Source: Hafnia phage vB_HpaM_SarahDanielle
Sequence record: MW749010.1
Reading direction: 5' to 3' (one strand)
DNA length: 24,000 nt
Shown here: positions 16,536 to 23,693 of the stretch, in pieces
Numbering within the stretch: position 1 is the stretch's first letter
How the letters are laid out: the number at the start of each line of letters is the position of its first letter
Notes under the pieces: generated by a model
Told to the model about the DNA's origin: nothing
Database searches by the model: none
Seen by the model: the letters and a program-made list of their open reading frames with translations, nothing else
Position numbers and translations under genes: made by a program

Positions 16536-16922
16536 ATGAAAAACGTAAACATTGATTCAACTGTTATTGTTAGCGTAGACGTAAACTTTAAAAAGCTTCA
16601 CAATACCGTAGCTTTTAAATACGGTGAAAACATGACAGCTATTTACCGTTTACAAGATATCTTAAAAGGGATGTTCCTCCCCTTCTTATTGGGTGATATT
16701 GATGCAATCAATGCAGAACTTGAAGAGATGGAACCTTCCAAACCATTAACAGAGGATAAGGCAAAAGAAGCCTTTGAAACAATGGAAGCAATGGCACAGT
16801 TAGAAGGTTCAAAATTTAAACATGTTGAAACTACTTTACGTGAACTGATGGAAATGTTTTTCCAGCCTGATAATGAAGATTTAGAAAACTTTATTGAATC
16901 TCACAGTTCAACTATTCATTAA
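16536..16922 (+). CDS. Hypothetical acidic protein (128 aa)
   Basis: Start MKNVNIDSTVIVS at 16536. Confidence 0.75.
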   Translation: MKNVNIDSTVIVSVDVNFKKLHNTVAFKYGENMTAIYRLQDILKGMFLPFLLGDIDAINAELEEMEPSKPLTEDKAKEAFETMEAMAQLEGSKFKHVETTLRELMEMFFQPDNEDLENFIESHSSTIH

Positions 16923-16943
16923 TAGACTTTTGTAAAGTTTTGT

Positions 16944-16980
16944 AAAGGGGTTTGCAAAGACCCCTTTGAAGAACTAAACT
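16944..16980 (+). promoter_or_regulatory. Class I hairpin/promoter module
   Basis: AAAGGGGTTTGCAAAGACCCCTTT; TTGCAA (16952-16957), 17 bp, TAAACT (16975-16980). Confidence 0.5.
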
Positions 16981-17023
16981 TATAAACATTGAAGAGACAC
17001 AAACTAACCAAGAGGATTTTAAA

Positions 17024-17230
17024 ATGTTGCATCTAGTCACTGGTATGATGTTCGGTTTTATAGCAAGTGTGACCACGGTAGACGGAGAAACGTTCTTATT
17101 AAACGAACAATATCAGACCCAATCACAATGCATTGAAGAGACAGTGAGTCTAGTAATGGATTTAGAAAATGATAACGAAGTTAAAAATGTAAATGTTATC
17201 ATGGCTTGCGAAGAATTAACAGAAGAGTAA
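17024..17230 (+). CDS. Hypothetical protein (68 aa)
   Basis: Leader AACCAAGAGGATTTTAAA-ATG. Confidence 0.65.
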   Translation: MLHLVTGMMFGFIASVTTVDGETFLLNEQYQTQSQCIEETVSLVMDLENDNEVKNVNVIMACEELTEE

Positions 17231-17241
17231 CAAAGCGAGTT

Positions 17242-17269
17242 TTGTAAAGAATTGTAAAGACGGTATACA
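17242..17269 (+). promoter_or_regulatory. Candidate promoter
   Basis: TTGTAA, 16 bp, TATACA; two TGTAAAG motifs 10 bp apart overlap it. Confidence 0.4.
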
Positions 17270-17342
17270 AGCAAGCCAAACTAAACAATAATACACACAA
17301 CAAAGCGAAACACTTAAACAACTAACCAAGAGGATTTTAAAA

Positions 17343-17726
17343 ATGACTAAGCAAGCCAACAATTTAGAAAAAACTTTCATCGCTATGAATGCTTTCGATG
17401 TCAAAAATAGTAGTTTGTCAGTGGGTCAACAAATCAGTCACTTTGAAGAAGCTCTTGAACTTTTCAGTGTTATTGATTCACCAATCAAAACCATTCATAA
17501 AGAAATGGTTAAAGACTTTCCAGAACTTATGGAACATGTCAAAGAAGGTTATATCAGAAAAGGTTCAAAAACTGAAAACGTGTTCACCGTTTACAAACAA
17601 CTCGTAAAATATTATGGCGTTTTGTATCTAGGTTTATCAAATAGTGCTAGTGAACTGTTGTACCAACGTTTACGTAAAAATAAAGCTTTTAGTGGTGCTG
17701 ATTTTAGTCTGGTTAGTGGTTGGTAA
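17343..17726 (+). CDS. Hypothetical protein (127 aa)
   Basis: Leader AACCAAGAGGATTTTAAAA-ATG. Confidence 0.75.
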   Translation: MTKQANNLEKTFIAMNAFDVKNSSLSVGQQISHFEEALELFSVIDSPIKTIHKEMVKDFPELMEHVKEGYIRKGSKTENVFTVYKQLVKYYGVLYLGLSNSASELLYQRLRKNKAFSGADFSLVSGW

Positions 17727-17755
17727 AGTGGTTTTGTAAAGAAGTGTAAAGACAC

Positions 17756-17784
17756 TAGACAGTTAAAACGAATTTAGTAATAAT
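17756..17784 (+). promoter_or_regulatory. Candidate sigma70 promoter
   Basis: TAGACA, 17 bp, AATAAT; two TGTAAAG motifs upstream. Confidence 0.55.
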
Positions 17785-17843
17785 ACACACAACGAAACGG
17801 GGAAGACTCCCCAAGCAAATAACCTAATCAAGAGGATTTAAAA

Positions 17844-18365
17844 ATGACTATGACTTACAATTCTATTCAGAAAGAAACTTTTGCAACTTTAGCTGAAAAT
17901 CTTTGCGGTAAACAGTACGATTCATTTGATGATTTTGAATTCTACGCAGTGGATGATTTAGATGCAGAAGTCCGAGAGGTGATTTACTACCATGATGCAT
18001 GGGCTATAATTAACGATTCAGATTTTAATGGTTTTGCAGAGGATGATTTAGATTTTAGTGGTTGCAAGTCAGCACAAGAAGCTGTAATGTATGAAGCAAA
18101 TTCTATGATGTATAACGTAGCAAGTTCAATCCTAGGCGACTTTAAGGATGATTTGTACGGTGTTATTCTAGCAGCAAAAGCATTTTGTGACGAAAAAGGT
18201 TTTGAAGTTAACCGTGTTTACTGTGAGATGGGGTGCAATTTAGACTCTTTACCACATAACTATGAGACAGAATTTAACGGTTATACTTGTTGTGTGTGGG
18301 AAGACTACAATACCTTTGCAATTGATGTTCACGGTGCAAGAATTACAGTTAACTACACTAAGTAA
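17844..18365 (+). CDS. Acidic hypothetical protein (173 aa); weak Ocr-like layout in N-terminal half
   Basis: Strong leader; YDSFDDFEFYAVDDLDAEVREVIYYHDAWAIINDSDFNGFAEDDLDF. Confidence 0.7.
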   Translation: MTMTYNSIQKETFATLAENLCGKQYDSFDDFEFYAVDDLDAEVREVIYYHDAWAIINDSDFNGFAEDDLDFSGCKSAQEAVMYEANSMMYNVASSILGDFKDDLYGVILAAKAFCDEKGFEVNRVYCEMGCNLDSLPHNYETEFNGYTCCVWEDYNTFAIDVHGARITVNYTK

Positions 18366-18392
18366 AGATTTGTAAAGGGTGTAGCTTTGTGA

Positions 18393-18417
18393 AGGGGACT
18401 TTGGTAAAGTCCCCTTT
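18393..18417 (+). promoter_or_regulatory. Class I hairpin, different stem sequence
   Basis: AAGGGGACTTT-ggt-AAAGTCCCCTT, 11-bp perfect stem; -10 is weak here. Confidence 0.55.
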
Positions 18418-18457
18418 GAAAAGAAATCCCAATAAACTAACCAAGGAGAAACGCAAA

Positions 18458-18670
18458 ATGCAAATGTTTTTTAAAACCCGTCAAGAAGCCCGTAACCACA
18501 AAGCAGGTAAAATTGTTGATAACGGTACAACTGCTGAAAGTGGTCGTCGTTGGGGTCGTGAAATCTCTTTAAATTGCCGTCATTTGGCAGTCGTCAAAGT
18601 GGAGACTTTAAAGGGGTATGATTCAAAACGTCATACATTGGTGTCTTACAAAAGAGCATTCAACGTTTGA
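18458..18670 (+). CDS. Small basic hypothetical protein (70 aa)
   Basis: Start MQMFFKTRQEARNHKAGK at 18458 after CAAGGAGAAACGCAAA. Confidence 0.65.
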   Translation: MQMFFKTRQEARNHKAGKIVDNGTTAESGRRWGREISLNCRHLAVVKVETLKGYDSKRHTLVSYKRAFNV

Positions 18671-18695
18671 TTTTGCAAAGGGGATAACTTACAAT

Positions 18696-19004
18696 ATGAT
18701 TTATGCAGTATGCGGATTAGCTTTATTCTGTGGGTTATTAGCGGTTAAGGTGGCGCAACTCTCTAAGAAGGTTCACCAAGAGCATAATGACAATGTAAAA
18801 GCTCAAGAGGTAAAGCCGTTTTTAAAGACTCTAACACAAGAGCAGTTTAACAAATTGCAAGCCGCTGTAATCTTTGAAGGCGATTTTTATAGTGAGTTCT
18901 TAGACTCATTAACAGAAAAACAAAAGTTTAACTATCGAATTATCTGCGTGAATTTAGGGATTAAAAACTTTACAAAAGAAGAGTTGAAATTAAGAACTAA
19001 ATAA
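18696..19004 (+). CDS. Membrane-anchored hypothetical protein (102 aa)
   Basis: MIYAVCGLALFCGLLAVKVAQL N-terminal TM. Confidence 0.65.
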   Translation: MIYAVCGLALFCGLLAVKVAQLSKKVHQEHNDNVKAQEVKPFLKTLTQEQFNKLQAAVIFEGDFYSEFLDSLTEKQKFNYRIICVNLGIKNFTKEELKLRTK

Positions 19005-19055
19005 GCTAGACTTTAAAACAGTTAAAACAAACAACTAAACAAAAGGAAACATAAA

Positions 19056-19370
19056 ATGACTACTACAACTTTTAACATCTTTTTCAATACTGAATCAAAA
19101 CGCATTGTAAATGATGGTTCAAACATTGTCATTGATGGAAAACGCTTCATCATGAAAAACGTTATGCAAACATTTGGTGCTTCACTGTGTAGCGATGAAG
19201 AAATCCGAGAAGTTATGGCCGATGGGATTGTGATTCCAGAATCAGTATGGGAACAAAAGTTACAAAACATCTTACAACGTGATGCTCGTTTGGAACTGAA
19301 AACATTAACACGTGAAGAAACTAACGAATTGATTGAGTTAATGCAACAAGATAAAGACTTACCTTTTTAA
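19056..19370 (+). CDS. Hypothetical protein (104 aa)
   Basis: Leader AAAAGGAAACATAAA-ATG. Confidence 0.75.
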   Translation: MTTTTFNIFFNTESKRIVNDGSNIVIDGKRFIMKNVMQTFGASLCSDEEIREVMADGIVIPESVWEQKLQNILQRDARLELKTLTREETNELIELMQQDKDLPF

Positions 19371-19392
19371 TTTATCTAAGTAAATAACCTTG

Positions 19393-19422
19393 AAAAGCTG
19401 CCTTTATGGTGGCTTTTCTTTT
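19393..19422 (+). terminator. Rho-independent terminator
   Basis: AAAAGCTGCC-ttta-GGTGGCTTTT-CTTTT. Confidence 0.8.
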
Positions 19423-19606
19423 ATACGTCTTCTGAAATACCTACTCCCCACATCAAAACCCTCCTAAAACCCCCTATAAACCCCTTTGCAGCGTTTTAAC
19501 CATTCAACCTATACAATCACACCATTAGACAAGATAACCCCTTAAAAGGCTTTATACAGCGTTTTTATAGATTATCTTCTCTTTACACTTCTTTACAAAA
19601 CTATTG

Positions 19607-19634
19607 TAGACAAGGTTTTTAATCGTGGCATAAT
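19607..19634 (+). promoter_or_regulatory. Candidate promoter for the Ocr-like gene
   Basis: TAGACA, 16 bp, CATAAT then GACCACATCGAAAGG; small GTGG/CCAC repeat around the -10; two minus-orientation TGTAAAG motifs at 19581 and 19591. Confidence 0.55.
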
Positions 19635-19700
19635 GACCACATCGAAAGGGGGATACCCCAAAAACAAACAAACAAGCCACTAATCAAGAGGATTTAAAAA

Positions 19701-20030
19701 ATGACTACTATCGCAACTCTGAAAAGCTACGTTGAAGACCGTATTGTAGAAGAAATCGAACATGCAAGCGGAGACCGTAGCACTGTTGAAGACTTAATTC
19801 ATGAGATTTGTGACAATGCGGTTCCTGTAATGTATAGTGAACTTGCAGAACTAATCACTGACTCAGATTTTAACGATGATATTGATGATGTAGAATGCGC
19901 AGGTAACAACATTTTTAAAATCATTCAATGGGGTGTTTACAATCAATTAATGGCTTATGCCAATGAAATTCTAGATGATAAAATTGAAGAGTGGGAAGAG
20001 TCACAAGAAGAAGAAGAAGAAGAAATTTAA
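19701..20030 (+). CDS. ocr: Ocr-like DNA-mimic antirestriction protein (T7 gp0.3-like)
   Basis: DLIHEICDNAVPVMYSELAELITDSDF...NIFKIIQWGVYNQLMAYANEILDDKIEEWEESQEEEEEE parallels T7 Ocr ([24 protein letters not shown]...VIRILQARIYEQL...EEVEEYEEDEE); similar length and acidity. Confidence 0.72.
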   Translation: MTTIATLKSYVEDRIVEEIEHASGDRSTVEDLIHEICDNAVPVMYSELAELITDSDFNDDIDDVECAGNNIFKIIQWGVYNQLMAYANEILDDKIEEWEESQEEEEEEI

Positions 20031-20059
20031 TAGGGTTTTGTAAAGAAGTGTAAAGAGAC

Positions 20060-20093
20060 TTGATAGGGTCGTTCTAAAAGGTGATAATGACCC
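20060..20093 (+). promoter_or_regulatory. Class II promoter with overlapping inverted repeat
   Basis: TTGATA (20060-20065), 17 bp, GATAAT (20083-20088); AGGGTCGTT/AATGACCCT. Confidence 0.65.
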
Positions 20094-20138
20094 TATCAAA
20101 ACGAGATACATAAACAACCTAACCAAGAGGATTTAAAA

Positions 20139-20348
20139 ATGTCTCACATCACTTTTGCTAGCGTATCAAACAAAAGAAACCATGCTATCTATGTACGTTT
20201 GCAAGCCTATGGTTATCAAGTAGTAAGCACATCAGATAGAAAAGGGCACTATGTACACGTTTTCGTAAAAGATAACGAAAAGGAAAGAGTCTACCAAATA
20301 ATTGAAGACACCATCGCAGAACTAAGAGAACAAGAAGAAATAATGTAA
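20139..20348 (+). CDS. Hypothetical protein (69 aa)
   Basis: Leader AACCAAGAGGATTTAAAA-ATG. Confidence 0.65.
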   Translation: MSHITFASVSNKRNHAIYVRLQAYGYQVVSTSDRKGHYVHVFVKDNEKERVYQIIEDTIAELREQEEIM

Positions 20349-20356
20349 AGTTTTGT

Positions 20357-20393
20357 AAAGGGGCTTGATTAAGCCCTTTTGAAAAGCTAACAT
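20357..20393 (+). promoter_or_regulatory. Class I hairpin/promoter module (variant stem)
   Basis: AAAGGGGCTTGATTAAGCCCTTTT; TTGATT (20365-20370), 17 bp, TAACAT (20388-20393). Confidence 0.5.
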
Positions 20394-20435
20394 AATCACA
20401 TAAAGAGTTAACCACTAATCAAGAGGACTTAAAAA

Positions 20436-20690
20436 ATGGCTTATGTAACTGCAAAAGGTGACGTTACTTTTTACATTCGTTCAACAGGTGAACTCGTAGA
20501 AGGTGTTCAAAAACTCTTAGATTGGCAGATAGCTGGACTATCTAAAACTGCTACTGGTTATGGTACAAAAATCCCTACAAGCTTTATAGTTAACTATAAA
20601 GGCCGCCAGCGTCGTGTTTATCAAAATGTTTATAGCAATGTTGCATCAAGTTACATTATTGTTGATAAAATTAAGGTTTTCTTGTCATAA
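20436..20690 (+). CDS. Hypothetical protein (84 aa)
   Basis: Leader AATCAAGAGGACTTAAAAA-ATG. Confidence 0.7.
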   Translation: MAYVTAKGDVTFYIRSTGELVEGVQKLLDWQIAGLSKTATGYGTKIPTSFIVNYKGRQRRVYQNVYSNVASSYIIVDKIKVFLS

Positions 20691-20719
20691 CAGAGTTTTG
20701 TAAAGATTTGTAAAGACAC

Positions 20720-20753
20720 TTGCAGGGGTCATTTGAAAAGGTGATAATGACCC
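20720..20753 (+). promoter_or_regulatory. Class II promoter with overlapping inverted repeat
   Basis: TTGCAG (20720-20725), 17 bp, GATAAT (20743-20748); GGGTCATT/AATGACCC perfect. Confidence 0.65.
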
Positions 20754-20800
20754 TATCGAAACAAAGCAGTAAACAAACCACTAATCAAGAGGATTTAAAA

Positions 20801-21025
20801 ATGACTAAGAATGAAGCCATCCGTAACTTTAACGAAATTTACGCAGAATCTGTTCATTTGAACCCTGCCCTTGCTACCGACCTTGTAGCATATCGTTGCG
20901 GATTCATTGACTACGTTGATTCACTTTACAGTAACGGTGAAATCACTGCGAATCAGTATGACAAATGGGCTGTGACAATTGAAACTGTAAACGGTCTAAA
21001 AAGAAAATTCTCTAAATTCATCTAA
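20801..21025 (+). CDS. Hypothetical protein (74 aa)
   Basis: ATG 20801 after AATCAAGAGGATTTAAAA; the upstream extension to 20720 is the promoter module. Confidence 0.65.
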   Translation: MTKNEAIRNFNEIYAESVHLNPALATDLVAYRCGFIDYVDSLYSNGEITANQYDKWAVTIETVNGLKRKFSKFI

Positions 21026-21046
21026 CAAGATTCTGTAAAGTTTTGT

Positions 21047-21093
21047 AAAGGGGATTAAAAAGACTTGATTAATCCCCTTTGAAGAACTACTAT
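21047..21093 (+). promoter_or_regulatory. Class I hairpin/promoter module (longest stem)
   Basis: AAAGGGGATTAA / TTAATCCCCTTT 12-bp perfect arms; TTGATT (21065-21070), 17 bp, TACTAT (21088-21093). Confidence 0.6.
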
Positions 21094-21163
21094 AGAGTCA
21101 TTGAAAAGCAGTACACAAATACAACTTAGTGATAAAAGCCTTAATCAAAAGGAACCAATTAAA

Positions 21164-21691
21164 ATGACTACTAACATTTCAAAAACTCCTTTCAGCATTA
21201 TGACCAATATCCAACGTTTAACCATGAAAATGGAAAAGAACGTTTGGATGTACTTAGAAAAGGTCAATTCCAAAAATGTCATGATTTACATCGAAAAGAC
21301 TGAAAACGGGTACAAAGTCGCAGAACTTGATTCAGAACGTGTTTTCGGTGTAGGTAAAAACTTCATGCAATCTCTTGCAATTATCTATAAAGAAGTAGTA
21401 AAGTTATTGGCAAATAATGAAAGTGAAGCCCCTATGAAAGAAGTAGTAACTATACAGCATGTTTTAGAAGAAGCTTTAAAAGAAGCTACTCAGGAAAAGG
21501 ACTCAGGGAAATCGTGGGGAATTAAAGACGTGGGGTTTAATGGTTGCATGGTATTTGTTGGTTTAACTTATCAAGAGGCCAAACAAAAGGAAAACTTAAA
21601 CAAAGGTTTAATGGTTTTCAGTTATGCAACTTCTAAAGCCCTTGAATATCGCCAATTGCTTGATTTAGAAGTATGGGAAAGCAAGAAATAG
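21164..21691 (+). CDS. Hypothetical protein (175 aa)
   Basis: ATG 21164 after AAAAGGAACCAATTAAA. Confidence 0.75.
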   Translation: MTTNISKTPFSIMTNIQRLTMKMEKNVWMYLEKVNSKNVMIYIEKTENGYKVAELDSERVFGVGKNFMQSLAIIYKEVVKLLANNESEAPMKEVVTIQHVLEEALKEATQEKDSGKSWGIKDVGFNGCMVFVGLTYQEAKQKENLNKGLMVFSYATSKALEYRQLLDLEVWESKK

Positions 21692-21798
21692 AGTTTTGTA
21701 AAGATTTGTAAAGACACTAGACGGGGTTATTAAATTGATAGATAATGACCCCATCGAAATGAGATACACAACAACCTAATCAAGAGGATTTAAAAATG
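21683..21798 (+). repeat. 116-bp duplicated intergenic promoter module, copy 2
   Basis: One mismatch to 15742-15857. Confidence 0.9.
21718..21750 (+). promoter_or_regulatory. Class II promoter with overlapping inverted repeat
   Basis: TAGACG, 17 bp, GATAAT (21741-21746); GGGGTTATT/AATGACCCC. Confidence 0.6.
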
Positions 21799-22002
21799 GT
21801 ACGTACAACAATCAAAGCAGGTGATTATGTAATGGTTAGATTTGAGGCTTCACGCATTGCACCTGTAAGCGCTCACAAAACCCACCTTGTTTTAGAAGTC
21901 TATCCAGATGAGAAAATGCTTTTAAAAGGGTTCCCTGAACCTGTAAGTGTGAAAATGTTTGATAGAATGGTTATTAACAAGAAAGGCATTAAAGCGTGGT
22001 GA
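21796..22002 (+). CDS. Hypothetical protein (68 aa), possible small beta-rich fold
   Basis: Leader AATCAAGAGGATTTAAAA-ATG. Confidence 0.65.
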   Translation: MVRTTIKAGDYVMVRFEASRIAPVSAHKTHLVLEVYPDEKMLLKGFPEPVSVKMFDRMVINKKGIKAW

Positions 22003-22064
22003 TAATCCACTAAAAAGACAACCATAGACAAACAAATCAGACACTAAAACAAGGAATTCTTAAA

Positions 22065-22319
22065 ATGACTAACCAGACACAAGAACAAGCCTTATCAAAC
22101 GTTCTAGGCATTTCAGCAATGGCAAGACAATGTATTAAATACCCTAACAAATCATTCTTGTTTATTTGTGAAGACCCTAAAAGAGATTACCAATTTTATC
22201 AGAAATCTTTTAAGGCAATAGCTTGTAAGTTAGGGGTGAAGATTCAATTGTCAAAAGTTTTACTTTGTGAAGAAGACCAAATATCTATCAAAGCAATGAG
22301 GGTGAAACTAGGCAAATAA
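22065..22319 (+). CDS. Hypothetical protein (84 aa)
   Basis: Leader AAGGAATTCTTAAA-ATG. Confidence 0.65.
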   Translation: MTNQTQEQALSNVLGISAMARQCIKYPNKSFLFICEDPKRDYQFYQKSFKAIACKLGVKIQLSKVLLCEEDQISIKAMRVKLGK

Positions 22320-22346
22320 CTTCTTTGTAAAGATTTGTAAAGACAC

Positions 22347-22379
22347 TTGCAGGGATTGTTAAGCTAGTGGATAATGACC
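22347..22379 (+). promoter_or_regulatory. Class II promoter, degenerate left arm
   Basis: TTGCAG (22347-22352), 17 bp, GATAAT (22370-22375). Confidence 0.6.
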
Positions 22380-22456
22380 CCATAGAAACAAAGCAGTAAA
22401 TAAACACTTAAAACAAAACACTTAACCATGTAACCAACATAAAAGGATGATTTAAA

Positions 22457-22756
22457 ATGACTACTGTTAAAACTTCTTCTGTTAAAGTTAACTATAATGG
22501 CACTGTAAAGACTCTTAAAACAGTTGCACAGTATAACCGCTTTAAAAGAGAAGTTACACGTGACATTATCAACCTACAAGCGAAACGTGAAGAAGAAATC
22601 AAAGAACTGAACTTAAAAGATAAAATCGAATATCAGCGCAACTACAATAACAAAAAGCGTGATTTAGAGAATGTTTATGATAAGCTGGCTTTAAACCATT
22701 ACCAAATAATCGACCTGTTAAATGGTGAAGGTGATTTACAAACTCTTTACATTTAA
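22457..22756 (+). CDS. Hypothetical protein (99 aa), charged coiled-coil segment
   Basis: REVTRDIINLQAKREEEIKELNLKDKIEYQRNYNNKKRD. Confidence 0.7.
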   Translation: MTTVKTSSVKVNYNGTVKTLKTVAQYNRFKREVTRDIINLQAKREEEIKELNLKDKIEYQRNYNNKKRDLENVYDKLALNHYQIIDLLNGEGDLQTLYI

Positions 22757-22769
22757 ATCTAAATAGATT

Positions 22770-22829
22770 AACCCTGTATAGCCACAAGATAGTAAGATTG
22801 TCAATGGTTATACGGGGTTTTTATTTTTC
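22770..22829 (+). terminator. Strong Rho-independent terminator closing the early gene block
   Basis: AACCCTGTATAGCCA ... TGGTTATACGGGGTT (15-bp stem with wobbles, ~20-nt loop) then TTTATTTTTC. Confidence 0.8.
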
Positions 22830-22871
22830 TAGGGTTTTTAAAGGTTTACTAAAAAGAGCACTTTTTGCTAC

Positions 22872-22914
22872 TTGACAAGAGTCTTTAAGCCTTGACAGTG
22901 AAGCCCTTGTGCTA
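22872..22914 (+). promoter_or_regulatory. Possible promoter(s): two TTGACA hexamers, TATAAG downstream of the second with a short 15-bp spacer
   Basis: CTTGACAAGAGTC and CTTGACAGTGAAGCCCTTGTGCTATAAGG. Confidence 0.35.
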
Positions 22915-22928
22915 TAAGGTTGTAGCTG

Positions 22929-22962
22929 TTTTCTTTTCTTTTTCTTGTTTTTCTTTTCTTTT
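22929..22962 (+). repeat. Polypyrimidine tract with internal direct repeat
   Basis: TTTTCTTTTCTTTTTCTTGTTTTTCTTTTCTTTT; TTTTCTTTTCTTTT repeated with 20-bp offset. Confidence 0.8.
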
Positions 22963-23571
22963 AGGCTCTTATCTTTTTATCTTAATAGATTCTATAAAGA
23001 GCGATTAAAAGCCCCTCTTAACAGTCCCAAACGTTAACAAACAAACAACCAACAATAAACACTCATAAAAGCCCGTCGAATAAAACCCCTCTTAAACAAC
23101 CCCTTTAAAAGACCATCTAAACACTATCAAACAACCATAGACAAACAATCACAAACATAAAACCTTTTTAAAGCCCCTATAAAGCCCTATAAAGCACTAT
23201 CAAGGGATTAGACAGGCAATCACAAGGGTAAACTGTAAGAACCTCTTAAAAGCCTTTATAGAGCGTTTTAAACTATTGTCACAATGTGGTTGTTCTTTAT
23301 GTTGTTTGTATGTGAACGTTTTAACCGTGGTTAGTTATCCGTGGGTAAACACTCATAACAAGCAACCACAAATAAACAACATTCTTAAACAACCATCTAA
23401 AGCCATATCTTAAACCCTGTGACCCTATACAGAATGCTCTTGTAAGACCTTATAAGACCCTTAAAAGATTCTAGATAGATAAGCACTAAGAGAAGACTGA
23501 AAAGAGTCTTAAAAGACGTTTTATAGTTACTCGTTAACACTCGTTAAGGGGTTTTAGGTAGTAACTAAGAA

Positions 23572-23626
23572 GGGTCTAGATAGAGTCTAGGAAGGGTCTA
23601 AGAAAGGTCTGTTTAGGGTCTAAATA
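23572..23626 (+). repeat. Five tandem 11-bp iteron-like repeats
   Basis: gggtctagata gagtctaggaa gggtctaagaa aggtctgttta gggtctaaata; exact 11-bp period. Confidence 0.85.
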
Positions 23627-23693
23627 GTCGCTTTTGCTACCCACCTCCACAGACTCTTGTCAAGAATCTTTACATAAAATTACAAAGAAATTG

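Noticed and set aside
17389-17607. 72-aa + ORF inside 17343-17726
   Set aside because: Alternate frame within a longer, well-led gene; no own leader.
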